Shown: piece after piece, positions 16,904 to 27,234 of the stretch
Numbering within the stretch: position 1 is the first letter of the stretch
How the letters are laid out: each line of letters opens with the position of its first letter
NCBI GenBank assembly: GCA_050049995.1
Contig: JASFVE010000018.1
Location: forward strand, 1 to 27,889
Direction: 5' to 3'
DNA from: Chlamydiota bacterium
Lineage (GTDB): Bacteria; Chlamydiota; Chlamydiia; Chlamydiales; SM23-39
DNA length: 27,889 nucleotides
Notes under the pieces: generated by a model
What the model saw: the letters and a program-made list of their open reading frames with translations, nothing else
Told to the model about the DNA's origin: nothing
The model's database searches: none
Program-made: the position numbers and the translations under genes

Positions 16904-17699
16904 TGTCTTCATCTCCTTTCTCCTCTACTTCAGGGCTATTTTCCATTTCACCCATAGGCTCAACTTTCTCTTGTTGGATTTTTTCATCACCTTTTGCAAG
17001 TGCTATGTTCATCTCACTTTTCTTGTCAGAGATAGCTTGAGAAATCGCTCCTAGTATTAATTTGATGCTCTTTAATGCATCATCATTGCAGGCAATGACA
17101 TAGTCAATGGGATCAGGATCACAATTAGTATCTACTAATGCAAGTACTGGAATACTTAATTTTTTTGCTTCTTTAACGGCTATGTGCTCTTTGGATGGGT
17201 CAACAACAATAAGAAGTCCTGGAGGCTTTCTCATTGCTCTTATTCCAGAAAGGTTGCGATCTAGTTTAATCTGCTCTTTGGATAACTCCGATAATTCTTT
17301 TTTAGTAAGTCCATCTCCGCCTGTTGCAATTTGCTTTTCAATGCGCTCTAAGGTTTTGACAGACTGACGAATAGTAGTAAGGTTAGTTAACATACCACCT
17401 AACCATCTTTCGGAGACGTAGTACTCACCACAAGATTCAGCAGATTCTCGGACAGTTGACTTTGCTTGATTTTTTGTTCCTACAAATAAAATAGATTTTC
17501 TTTTTGCTACTACTTCGGTGACGGCTTTAATCGCTTCTCGTATTTGCTGCATGGTTTTAGCTAAGTCAATAATGTAAATGCCATTTCGTTCTTCAAAAAT
17601 GAAACGCTTCATTTTTGGATTCCAGCGTCGTTTTTGATGTCCGAAGTGAGCTCCTGATTCTAATAAATCCTTTATAGTGATGTCTTCTCTTGTCGCCAA
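16896..17699 (-). CDS. rpsB: 30S ribosomal protein S2
   Basis: LLESGAHFGH..RWNPKM, RWLGGMLTN, DTNCDP and NDD; TTG start preceded by GAGGT. Confidence 0.98.
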   Translation of the reverse strand: MATREDITIKDLLESGAHFGHQKRRWNPKMKRFIFEERNGIYIIDLAKTMQQIREAIKAVTEVVAKRKSILFVGTKNQAKSTVRESAESCGEYYVSERWLGGMLTNLTTIRQSVKTLERIEKQIATGGDGLTKKELSELSKEQIKLDRNLSGIRAMRKPPGLLIVVDPSKEHIAVKEAKKLSIPVLALVDTNCDPDPIDYVIACNDDALKSIKLILGAISQAISDKKSEMNIALAKGDEKIQQEKVEPMGEMENSPEVEEKGDEDNE

Positions 17700-17735
17700 A
17701 ATTTGATTACCTCAATTTTTTTTTAACTTTTCAAA

Positions 17736-17806
17736 AGCGCCTGATCAGAATCGAACTGACACTCGTAGCTTGGAAGGCTACTGTTCTACCATTGAACTAC
17801 AGGCGC
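17736..17806 (-). tRNA. tRNA-Gly(UCC)
   Basis: GCGCCTG/CAGGCGC acceptor stem, GTAGC-CTTCCAA-GCTAC anticodon arm, GTTCGA T-loop. Confidence 0.97.
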
Positions 17807-17946
17807 ATTATTTTAGTTTCTTTATAACCTACAAATAGTGAAACAACATTTTTACTCTAAAAAACTATTTTTTTCCAAGGAAAATTATGATGACAAGCTA
17901 AATGCAAAAAATTTAAATTAATATCATCTATAGAAGTTATGCGAAA

Positions 17947-20900
17947 ATGAGCAAAGAAGAACAAATATATTTAAAGACCCACAGAATTCTTAAAGGCGTT
18001 TTTATCATAAATTTTATTTTACTTTTTCGTGTTTGGCACCTTTGTTTTTATGAAAAAGAAGAAAAATCGTTTGAAGCCCGAAAACCTCAAAGAAAAACTA
18101 TACTTTTAAAGTCTGAAAGAGGAGCTATCCATGATCGATTTGGAGTTCCTTTGGCTATCAACAGAATACGCTATAATGCAGCTATTTATTACGGGCAGAT
18201 TCTTCAAATTCCAAGAGTCAAGTGGATTAAAGGAGAAAACAAGGAAAAAATTAAGACTTATCCCCGAAAAGAGTATATCGAAAAGCTGTCCAAACTATTG
18301 GCCAAGGAACTAGATTTGAGTGAAACTAGGGTTGATGACTTAATCCACAGTAAAGCCTCCTTATTCCCCCATATGCCTTTTATCTTAAAGGAAAACATTA
18401 GTGAGAAGACTTATTATAAATTAAAGTTTTTAGAAAAAGACTGGCCAGGCCTATTTGCAGAAAGTACCTCTGAAAGGTACTACCCCCACAAAAAAGCCGC
18501 CTCTAAAATCCTTGGCTACATGGGATCTATCAATAAAAAAGAGTATTTGAAAATAGCTAATGAAATTAAGTTTTTAGAAAATATATTAAAGCAGGACTCA
18601 AATTTAGAACCTATTTTTCTCCCAGAAGGATACAAAAGTAAATTTGAAGTCCTAACCAGACTAAAACAATTAAAGGAAAAGTCTTATCGTTTTAACGATT
18701 TGGTAGGGAAAAGCGGCATTGAAAAACAGTTTGAAGAAGATCTTCGGGGCTCTTATGGAGAAAAGAGTATGGAGGTCGACATCATGGGCACTTTTGTAAA
18801 GGAGCTTCCACTTACAAAACCTGCTATTGACGGTCGCAATATTAAACTTGCTATTTCAGTAGAACTGCAAGAGTTTGCAGAAAAGCTTCTTGCACAAGAT
18901 GAACAAATACGGGAAGGCAGATCTACTCGTTATAATGCAAAACAGAAAAAAAGAGAGACACTTAAGCAGCCGATTGTGAAAGGAGGGTCTGTTGTTGCCA
19001 TGGATCCCAATACTGGTGAGATTATAACAATGGCCTCTTACCCTAATTATGACCCAAACGATTTTATCCCTTCTACTAATCCTTTATACCAAGAACAAAA
19101 AAAGCAAAACGTAGAAAAGTGGCTAGAAACAGAATCTTTTTTAGCCAGCATATGGGATGGCAAAAATGAATTGGAAAAAAGCTGGTATTCCTTTCCTAAA
19201 AAAGCATTTGAAAAAGAAAGTATACCAGTTACCTGGGAGTTTTTTTTACAAGAAATATTCCCTGAAAACTCTTCGTGTTATCAGTGCATGCAAAAAATTC
19301 AAACTGTCAAAGATGCTATTCAACTGCAAGAAGATATCGAAGCTATCTTCTATTTCTTCAAAACAAGAAATGCCCCTTTAATTTTTGATACTATTTTTAG
19401 TGAAGATATCTTGTGTGAACAAAAAGCAAGTCTTGCTGAAAAAGAGAATTATCAAAATATCTATCAAATAATAAAAGAAAGAATCGCTCCTTATGAAGAT
19501 AGGCTAAAAGACTTTTTGCATGAGGTAAAACACAACAAAGATAAACTTTTAATAATTGATATTTGCAAAATTGCAGTCTTTAGCCCTGCTTTCAGCGATG
19601 CTCTTATCCGCCAAATAAAAACCTTGAGCTTAAAAGACTATCATAATCAATCAAGAAACGTTCTTGTTTTACGCTCAGCCATCCATAAAAAAGCATATAC
19701 ACTTTTTGAAAAATACTATTTTGAAAAATGGAGAGAAGAAAACTTACACGCTTTTCTAAAAGAAAAAAGAAAAGAAGAAAAAGAAAGGAATACATACCAA
19801 AGGCCTTACATTGACTATTTGGATGAGAAAAAAAACATTTTGTTTGAAGCCTTTTGGCAAGAGAACAAAGAAAAGCTTTTGTTGATATCCCTAGGTAATA
19901 CTGAAGTAGATCTTGAAGAAGAAATGAAAGATCAGTTTCTAAAATGGAAAGAGCTTTTCCAAGAACAAACTTTCCACGATAAGAAATGCCAAAAAGCATA
20001 CGACGAACTAAAGCTTTTTTTAAAAGACTATAATCAACCTACACAGTTTGCTTTTTTCAAAAGTGTTAGATCGTTTAAAGAACTTACCAGACCTCTTCTT
20101 GCAAAATACAGAAAAGTTTACAAAAAAAACCCTACTGAAAAAGATCTTGCCGCCAAATTTTACCCTGAAGATGGGTATGGATATATGAGAGCTACTTCAT
20201 TTCAAGAGCCTGCATTGCAAGGATCTATTTTCAAGTTAGTCACAGCTTACGCTGCCTTAGAAAAAAAGCCATCTTTTGATTTTACTATCATAGATACAGT
20301 ACAAGCTGACAATAAAGGATTGATTATCGCCTTAAAGGAAAACCAGCAACCCTATTACCGAATCTATAAGCATGGCAGACTACCGAGGTCCGCACACAGC
20401 AATATTGGTACAGTAAGTCTCGTAGATGCTATTGAAAAATCTAGTAATCCTTACTTTTCTATCTTAGCTGGAGACTTTCTTAAATCCCCTGAAGATTTAA
20501 ATTATGCAGCTAGAAATTTTGGATTTGGAGAAAAAACCTATATTCAGCTTCCAGGTGAAATTTCAGGTTCATTACCCAATGATTTGAGCACTAATAAAAC
20601 AGGCCTTTATGCCTATGCCATTGGACATCATACTTTGATTGTCACCCCTCTTCAAACAGCTGTATTCTTATCAGCATTGGCTAACTTTGGAAAAATACTT
20701 GAGCCTAAAATTATTCAACAAATTGCAGGCAAACAACGAACTCCTCATTTGAGCTTTTTCCCTGAAAAATATCTTCTGCAAAAAGAGTTAAATACTTTAG
20801 GTATATTTTTCCCTGTATTTGACGAAAGCTCGTACAACAACAAGTTTCTTTGCGTGCAGAACTTTTCAAGCTTTGTAAGAAAAGATTTAGCTATCGATAA

Positions 20901-21342
20901 AAATGTAAGAGCAAAGCTTTTTGAAGGGATGAGACGAGTTGTCTCAGGTAAAAAGGGAACCGCAAGGGCAGGAATTATTAAAAACTTATACAAAAGCCCA
21001 GATCTTATGAAAAATTATAAAAAAATTGCATCTCAGCTAATAGGAAAGACTTCTACTGCAGAAGTTTTTCATAATCCTTATATAAGTGCAAAAGAGCGTC
21101 CTAAATTATATAAACACATCTGGTTTGGAGGAATCTGTTTTGATCCCACCAAGCAATCTCAAGTCTCCATTGACTCTTTCAAATATCCTGAGCTTGTAGT
21201 AATTGTTTACTTACGCTTTGGCGATGCGGGAAAAGAAGCCGCGCCTATTGCCTCTGAAGTTATTAAAAAGTATAGGGAACTGAAAAAAAAATATAGAACT
21301 CAAGTACCTGAACTTAAAGAAGCATCTTCTTCTAGTATTTGA
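17947..21342 (+). CDS. pbpB: Chlamydial-type penicillin-binding protein 2 (class B transpeptidase, large internal insertion)
   Basis: N-terminal [35 protein letters not shown]; active-site motifs SIFK, SSN and KTS. Confidence 0.92.
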   Translation: MSKEEQIYLKTHRILKGVFIINFILLFRVWHLCFYEKEEKSFEARKPQRKTILLKSERGAIHDRFGVPLAINRIRYNAAIYYGQILQIPRVKWIKGENKEKIKTYPRKEYIEKLSKLLAKELDLSETRVDDLIHSKASLFPHMPFILKENISEKTYYKLKFLEKDWPGLFAESTSERYYPHKKAASKILGYMGSINKKEYLKIANEIKFLENILKQDSNLEPIFLPEGYKSKFEVLTRLKQLKEKSYRFNDLVGKSGIEKQFEEDLRGSYGEKSMEVDIMGTFVKELPLTKPAIDGRNIKLAISVELQEFAEKLLAQDEQIREGRSTRYNAKQKKRETLKQPIVKGGSVVAMDPNTGEIITMASYPNYDPNDFIPSTNPLYQEQKKQNVEKWLETESFLASIWDGKNELEKSWYSFPKKAFEKESIPVTWEFFLQEIFPENSSCYQCMQKIQTVKDAIQLQEDIEAIFYFFKTRNAPLIFDTIFSEDILCEQKASLAEKENYQNIYQIIKERIAPYEDRLKDFLHEVKHNKDKLLIIDICKIAVFSPAFSDALIRQIKTLSLKDYHNQSRNVLVLRSAIHKKAYTLFEKYYFEKWREENLHAFLKEKRKEEKERNTYQRPYIDYLDEKKNILFEAFWQENKEKLLLISLGNTEVDLEEEMKDQFLKWKELFQEQTFHDKKCQKAYDELKLFLKDYNQPTQFAFFKSVRSFKELTRPLLAKYRKVYKKNPTEKDLAAKFYPEDGYGYMRATSFQEPALQGSIFKLVTAYAALEKKPSFDFTIIDTVQADNKGLIIALKENQQPYYRIYKHGRLPRSAHSNIGTVSLVDAIEKSSNPYFSILAGDFLKSPEDLNYAARNFGFGEKTYIQLPGEISGSLPNDLSTNKTGLYAYAIGHHTLIVTPLQTAVFLSALANFGKILEPKIIQQIAGKQRTPHLSFFPEKYLLQKELNTLGIFFPVFDESSYNNKFLCVQNFSSFVRKDLAIDKNVRAKLFEGMRRVVSGKKGTARAGIIKNLYKSPDLMKNYKKIASQLIGKTSTAEVFHNPYISAKERPKLYKHIWFGGICFDPTKQSQVSIDSFKYPELVVIVYLRFGDAGKEAAPIASEVIKKYRELKKKYRTQVPELKEASSSSI

Positions 21343-22268
21343 GCAAAATACTCAATTGTTTCTTTAAGACCTTCTTCTAATTTTTTAGTCGGCTGCCACT
21401 TAAGGTTCTTTTTGGCTAGCTCAATATTAGGTTTTCTTTTTTTAGGATCATCTGAAGGAAGAGGCAGAGATATAATGGGTGACTTAGACCCCGTTAGCTT
21501 GAGTATTATTTCTGCTAAATCGATGATCCGATATTCAAGGGGATTTCCAAGATTAATAGGCCCTGTAATTGAGGCGTCAGTATTCATCATTTTAAATATT
21601 CCCTCAATTAAATCATCTACATAACAAAAAGATCTTGTCTGCTTGCCATCTCCATAAATAGTTAATGGCTGATTTTTTAAAGCCTGCACGATAAAATTAG
21701 AGACTACCCTTCCATCATTAGGCTGCATTCGAGGGCCAAAGGTATTAAAGATTCTTACAACTTTAATTGGAATTCGATAGGCTCTTCTAAAATCAAAAAA
21801 TAGTGTTTCAGCACATCTTTTCCCCTCATCATAGCAAGAACGTCTTCCGACTGGATTGACGTTTCCCCAGTAGCTTTCTTCTTGTGGATGTACTTGTGGG
21901 TCCCCATAAACTTCGCTGGTAGATGCCTGCAAAACCTTTGCATTATTTTTTTTTGCAAGCTCTAGCATGTGCATTGCACCCCACACACTTGTTTTCAGAG
22001 TTTGAATGGGATCAAGTTGATAGTGGTAAGGTGAAGCCGGGCAAGCTAAATTATAAATTTCTTGTACTTCTAAATCGACAGGAAGGCAAATGTCACGATC
22101 CAGTAACGAAAAGCGATCATTCAAAAGTAAATGGGCAATGTTTTCTTTTTTTCCTGTAAAAAAATTATCTAAACAATAGACATAATGCCCGTCATTAATT
22201 AATTTTTCACAAATATGAGACCCTAAAAACCCTGCGCCTCCAGTTACTAGTATTCGCTTATTTCTCAT
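21300..22268 (-). CDS. uxs: UDP-glucuronate decarboxylase (UDP-xylose synthase)
   Basis: [53 protein letters not shown] and DDPKKR. Confidence 0.93.
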   Translation of the reverse strand: MRNKRILVTGGAGFLGSHICEKLINDGHYVYCLDNFFTGKKENIAHLLLNDRFSLLDRDICLPVDLEVQEIYNLACPASPYHYQLDPIQTLKTSVWGAMHMLELAKKNNAKVLQASTSEVYGDPQVHPQEESYWGNVNPVGRRSCYDEGKRCAETLFFDFRRAYRIPIKVVRIFNTFGPRMQPNDGRVVSNFIVQALKNQPLTIYGDGKQTRSFCYVDDLIEGIFKMMNTDASITGPINLGNPLEYRIIDLAEIILKLTGSKSPIISLPLPSDDPKKRKPNIELAKKNLKWQPTKKLEEGLKETIEYFAQILEEDASLSSGT

Positions 22269-22277
22269 CCAACTCCC

Positions 22278-25100
22278 CTATGTAGGCATTACAATTTTAA
22301 CAAACCCTATATTTTTCTTATTGAAAAAAGGTTGTAAATTTTGCAATGTTTCCTCTTCAAAAGCAACAACCATCTTATCTGAAATATCTGAATAAGCTTT
22401 TGCTTCGACAAATTGTGCTTTCATTCGGGTAAATAATATTGTTATATCGTATTTTTCTTTTAACTGTTCTATCAATTGCTTAAAAGAAGAAGAACGTAAA
22501 ATTTCATATCCAAACCTGGTCTTACCCCCGCTTGTCATGAAATCATAACATCCTACAGTTCTTATATATTTTCCTGTTTTGCCTTCTATGAACTGTAACA
22601 ATCCTGCAGACTCTTTCGAAGGGAAATTGGAGTGAAAATCACAATCAATAACAAGAACCTTTTTCTCTATCTTTCCTAAAACAGTGGCAAGTCCATGAGA
22701 AAAGTCAGGACCTTTACCTCCTATAATACTAACAATGTTTGGTTTATCTGTCCCAATAAAATACGATATATTACGAAGTGTTTCCAAATCAGAGTCCTGA
22801 ATGTACTCTAAATTAGGTCCATCCAAATGCCTAGAAACCTCTCCCAAAGCATTTTGTTGAAGGGCTTTTAAATTATCGAGTGACGCCTGAAAACCTCGAT
22901 GGAAAAAAGTAAAAAACTTATATAAAAAGGCAAGAAAACATCCTAAAAAAAACGTAGCAATCAACCAAACGATAATGTTTTTCTTTTCTGCTCGATAAGG
23001 TAGAGACGCAAAGTCCAAAGTATTCGAATTAATAAGATCTAAATTATGAGAGATGGTTTTAGACTCTGTCAAAGTTGTTAGAGATTCGATCATTTTGATG
23101 GCAATATCTGCATCAAGAGTTAATTTTTTTTCTAATTTCCATTTGGTGGGTAAATGCACCATTTTTCCTTTCAGCTCCTCCATCTTACTTTGAATGAGGC
23201 TATTTTCTTGAGATAAGTCTACTTTTCTAGCCTGAACAAAGTCTTGTACTCTGTGGTTTAATATGGAAATCCTTTGGTTTACTCGATCTAATGTGACCAT
23301 TTGAAGGGAATGGATTTTTTCTTTAAATATATTTTGCTGAATTTCCTTCACATGACGAAGTTCATTGATATGCCCTTTTAAAAAGGTGCGAATAAGTTTA
23401 AGATCTTCTTTTATCCGAACAATGTCCTTTTCACTTAAGTTTTTTCTATCATTTAGCTTAAAATAACAATCCCCTGCTTTCACAAGCAAATTTTGGCTGA
23501 TGCCATCATGCAACACACTACTTAAAGAACTAATATCAAAACTCTCATCATTAAGTTGTGTTAAGACATGTGTAAAATGCTCTAGCTCTGCCTGTACATC
23601 ATCTAGCTTTTTATTATAATTTATATACAGTCCCATAGCACTATCTAGATCGATCCCTTCAAAATCCTGCCAAGTTTTTTCTGAATGCTTTACTCTTTCC
23701 GATAAAATTTTCTCTTTTAAAGAAAGTACTCTCGTATAATTTTTCAAATAGGAAACAAAGTCATTTTTTATAAAATCTTTTTCAGTGCTTTCTTGCAGCT
23801 TATCTAACCATAAAAAAACAAGATTTCTAGGGACATCGGTTAAAAAAACATTTTTCTTTAACACTGGCTTTCCCTGCTCGACAGAGTTAATTAAAGAGAC
23901 AAGACTTTGCTGATCCCCTCTTAACTGCTCTAGCTGTTGCAAGTGATTTTCCATAGCAACAATGTCTAAAGATTCTTTGGAATTCAAAGCTATCTCAAGA
24001 GCGTCTTTATCCTGTTTTAGCTTATTGATTTCTTGATAAACAAGGGATATTTCCGAGCCAAATTTTCCATCTGTGATGAATTGCCCTCTCCATTTATCAA
24101 GTCTTGATTCTTCCAAATCATTTTGAAATAGTCGATCAGCAAAATTCGCTTGCGGTTTAATTAATGCTTCCGTTTGCTCTTCTACCCCCAAAAAACCTGT
24201 TTCTAGCAGGTTTTTTTGCAAATAATCACTATAAAGTTCTAAAGAATGGTCGAACTGCTCTGAAATTTCCTCCTTTCTTTTTTGCAAATAGGCAAGCTGC
24301 GCTTTAGCAAATTTTTCATTTTGTGTTATTAAATAGTGTTGATAGGACTTCATTAAAGTATTTACGATGTTTTTCGCTAAATGCCGGTTTCTGTCTTTAT
24401 AAGAAATATGAAGCATGCGCTGGTCATCTTTATCTGTTTTTATGCTAATGTCCCTTTTGATACTTTCATAAATGAAGTTAAAAGGAGTAATACTCAAGGT
24501 ATATAAATGCTTTTTTCGGTAGGTTTTGGGAACATTGGTTAAAGTAAATTCCACATCTTGTAGTTTAACAGGAATGTGTACTCTTCCTTTCGCTAATAGT
24601 TTTTTTTCACTAGATAAAACTTCAAAAGAATCTTTGTCTAAAAATTGAAGATATAAGTTTAAAGGGACTTCTTTTTCATAGCTGCCATTAGCAAAACGAA
24701 ACTGGTCTAAGTCGTATAAAGATTTGTTTGTTTGCACATACCAATTATCTCTATACCTTCGAAGAACCCTTAAGAAAATATTTCTTTTTTTTTCAGCGCA
24801 GCAAAATTGCAGTCCTAGTTTTTTAGATAGATCTTTAATCACTGCTTTAGAAAGCATAACACCTTTACTGGAGTCAGATTTTGTATCAAGGGATATTAAT
24901 AAATCCTTCAAGCCTCCTGAACTTTCTTTTTTGCCGCTAGAATCTATAAATGAACCCGACGCCTCGTATTTAGGAGCTCTTAACATCATAAGAGAAAAAC
25001 TAACTGAGGCACAAAGTAGTCCAACACCGATCATCCATTTTTTATAGCGATGAAATATTGCTACTAAATCGGAAAAACAAAAAACAACCTCTTCTGTCAT
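22278..25100 (-). CDS. Wzc/GumC-like polysaccharide co-polymerase with a degenerate kinase domain
   Basis: TM, large periplasmic coiled-coil region, second TM, then a cytoplasmic domain with KKVLVIDCD. ATGA overlap with the wza stop codon. Confidence 0.8.
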   Translation of the reverse strand: MTEEVVFCFSDLVAIFHRYKKWMIGVGLLCASVSFSLMMLRAPKYEASGSFIDSSGKKESSGGLKDLLISLDTKSDSSKGVMLSKAVIKDLSKKLGLQFCCAEKKRNIFLRVLRRYRDNWYVQTNKSLYDLDQFRFANGSYEKEVPLNLYLQFLDKDSFEVLSSEKKLLAKGRVHIPVKLQDVEFTLTNVPKTYRKKHLYTLSITPFNFIYESIKRDISIKTDKDDQRMLHISYKDRNRHLAKNIVNTLMKSYQHYLITQNEKFAKAQLAYLQKRKEEISEQFDHSLELYSDYLQKNLLETGFLGVEEQTEALIKPQANFADRLFQNDLEESRLDKWRGQFITDGKFGSEISLVYQEINKLKQDKDALEIALNSKESLDIVAMENHLQQLEQLRGDQQSLVSLINSVEQGKPVLKKNVFLTDVPRNLVFLWLDKLQESTEKDFIKNDFVSYLKNYTRVLSLKEKILSERVKHSEKTWQDFEGIDLDSAMGLYINYNKKLDDVQAELEHFTHVLTQLNDESFDISSLSSVLHDGISQNLLVKAGDCYFKLNDRKNLSEKDIVRIKEDLKLIRTFLKGHINELRHVKEIQQNIFKEKIHSLQMVTLDRVNQRISILNHRVQDFVQARKVDLSQENSLIQSKMEELKGKMVHLPTKWKLEKKLTLDADIAIKMIESLTTLTESKTISHNLDLINSNTLDFASLPYRAEKKNIIVWLIATFFLGCFLAFLYKFFTFFHRGFQASLDNLKALQQNALGEVSRHLDGPNLEYIQDSDLETLRNISYFIGTDKPNIVSIIGGKGPDFSHGLATVLGKIEKKVLVIDCDFHSNFPSKESAGLLQFIEGKTGKYIRTVGCYDFMTSGGKTRFGYEILRSSSFKQLIEQLKEKYDITILFTRMKAQFVEAKAYSDISDKMVVAFEEETLQNLQPFFNKKNIGFVKIVMPT

Positions 25101-26167
25101 GGTATAAATAGCCCCCAACCTCGACATTTGTTTCCTAGAACTTCAAATCCAGTAAAAGCAGGAAGGAGTTGGGATATGAATCTATTCCATTCAGTAATTG
25201 GCTTAGCTGCAACATATACGATATCCCCTGGCATTAAAAGCAGACTGTCATTAGGCAAATGAATGACATGTTTCCAACTTAGGGTATAGATTTTAGGTTT
25301 TACAATATTGCCACGAATAATTTGAATATATGATTTATCTCCTGTAAAAGGAATTCCTCTTGCCGCTGCTAAAGCTTCTCTTAAAGAAATGTAGCCATGG
25401 GGTAATGGGACAATAGATTCGCAACCAACTTCCCCTAAAACCATTAAATTCGCTGAAGAAGTATCAGCAATATAAATCTTATCCCCTCCTCTCATAACTA
25501 TGTTTTGAGACATGTCCCCTTCTTTTAAAAGCTTATAAAAGTCGACTGCTACAAAATCATTATCTCGTATCATGTAGCTTTTAAAAAGATTTGCATTAGG
25601 AGGTGGCTTAGCAATAGATAAAACATCAAAAAGGCGAATTTTCCCGTTTACAGGAATGCTTGAAGCTGCAACCAAACCTGCTAGCTCTACTCGCTTGATA
25701 ATACGATCTTTATAGGTGACAAAGACCTCAATGTCATTGATTTGCTCTAAGTATTTTTTTTGAATTTCTTCTTTTGCTTCTTTTAAAGTAAGTCCCTGCA
25801 CTTCAATAGGCGGTAAATCAGGCAAATAAATTTTACCTTCCATAACCCTATAACCAATGCTTGTCCCAATCTTAGAAACTGCTAGAACAATATCATCTCT
25901 TTTAGGGTGGTATATTTCGATTTTTAGAATATCATCTTCATGAATGGTATCTTTGTATTCGGCTAAATATTCCTCAGGAAGATCGTCTTGATATTTCCCT
26001 TCCATTTCTAAAATGGAAAACTTACCTTCTCTGATTTTATAAGAATCTAAAACAAACTCGTCAGCTCCATACACATCTTTTCCCATATAAGGGGTTGAAC
26101 AAGACGAAAAAAATAAAGAACCTACTAAAAGTAGGTTCCAAAAACTAATCTTTTTTAAAAACCCCAT
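25097..26167 (-). CDS. wza: Polysaccharide export outer-membrane lipoprotein
   Basis: Lipobox-like FSSC, Poly_export segment (GKIYLP..VQGLTL), SLBB-like repeats, and C-terminal PITEWNRFISQLLP helix. Confidence 0.9.
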   Translation of the reverse strand: MGFLKKISFWNLLLVGSLFFSSCSTPYMGKDVYGADEFVLDSYKIREGKFSILEMEGKYQDDLPEEYLAEYKDTIHEDDILKIEIYHPKRDDIVLAVSKIGTSIGYRVMEGKIYLPDLPPIEVQGLTLKEAKEEIQKKYLEQINDIEVFVTYKDRIIKRVELAGLVAASSIPVNGKIRLFDVLSIAKPPPNANLFKSYMIRDNDFVAVDFYKLLKEGDMSQNIVMRGGDKIYIADTSSANLMVLGEVGCESIVPLPHGYISLREALAAARGIPFTGDKSYIQIIRGNIVKPKIYTLSWKHVIHLPNDSLLLMPGDIVYVAAKPITEWNRFISQLLPAFTGFEVLGNKCRGWGLFIP

Positions 26168-26265
26168 AGAAAAATGAACTTACGGTCCAATTTAAATTAT
26201 CAATTGTTTAAGCTAACCTTATATAGCATAACGTTAGATATGTAAAAAAGATTTTAAGAAGGTAA

Positions 26266-27234
26266 ATGAAGAAAATTTTAATAACAGGTGCCGCAGGATT
26301 TATTGGATTTCACCTTGCCTTAGCATGTAAAAAAAGAGGAGACTTTGTAATTGGAATAGATAACTTCAATACCTATTACGATGTTGCCTTAAAAAAAGAA
26401 CGCGAAAGGATATTATCTAAAAATGGTATCTCCATTCTCAATATAGATATACTCCAACAAAGTGAATTGGAAAAACTATTGCTCTCACATGATATAACTC
26501 ATGTCGTTCATCTTGCAGCTCAAGCTGGCGTAAGACATTCGTTTAATCATCCAGAAGATTATATTTCCTCTAATATTAATGGGTTTTCTTCGGTTATGGA
26601 AGCACTTAGAAAATTTCCAGATATTTACTTAGTCTACGCTTCTTCTTCTTCTGTTTACGGTACAAATAAAAAAACCCCTTTTCAAGAAGAAGACAAAACA
26701 GATCATCCCGCCAACTTATATGGCGCTACTAAAAAATCAAATGAAGTAATGGCAGCTTCTTACCGCCACCTTTATAATATTCGATCTACAGGATTAAGGT
26801 ATTTTACTGTCTTCGGCCCATGGGGACGCCCTGATATGGCTTATTTTTTCTTTGCTAAGTCAATTATTGAGAAAAAGGAAATCCCTTTATTTAATCGTGG
26901 CCAAATGCGAAGGGACTTTACCTATATTGATGATATTGTCGACGGGACTATAGCAGCCATTGATAAAGAATCTGATTTTGAAATTTTTAACTTGGGTAAT
27001 AGTAAACCTATTGATTTAATGCTGTTGGTGCAAACATTGGAGAGTTTTCTTGGCCAAAAAGCTAATATTAAAATGCTTCCCATGCAGCCGGGGGAATTAT
27101 TAGAAACTTATGCAGATATTCATAAAAGCAGGCGAGCATTAAATTACTCCCCTAAGACCCCTTTTAATGAAGGGATGAAAAGATTTGTCGAATGGTTTAA
27201 AGAATTCTACCTACTTGAAGCTGCAATTGTTTAA
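26266..27234 (+). CDS. UDP-glucuronate 4-epimerase (GAE/LpsL/CapI-type extended SDR)
   Basis: GAAGFIGFH, HLAAQAGVR, YASSSSVYG, YGATKK, GPWGRPDMA and RDFTYIDDIV. Confidence 0.92.
   Translation: MKKILITGAAGFIGFHLALACKKRGDFVIGIDNFNTYYDVALKKERERILSKNGISILNIDILQQSELEKLLLSHDITHVVHLAAQAGVRHSFNHPEDYISSNINGFSSVMEALRKFPDIYLVYASSSSVYGTNKKTPFQEEDKTDHPANLYGATKKSNEVMAASYRHLYNIRSTGLRYFTVFGPWGRPDMAYFFFAKSIIEKKEIPLFNRGQMRRDFTYIDDIVDGTIAAIDKESDFEIFNLGNSKPIDLMLLVQTLESFLGQKANIKMLPMQPGELLETYADIHKSRRALNYSPKTPFNEGMKRFVEWFKEFYLLEAAIV

Noticed and set aside
805..25047. Short ORFs nested in or antisense to long genes (e.g. 4793-5128, 16776-17054, 19604-19999, 24724-25047)
   Set aside because: They overlap well-supported genes and show no recognisable motifs, so they are treated as shadow ORFs.
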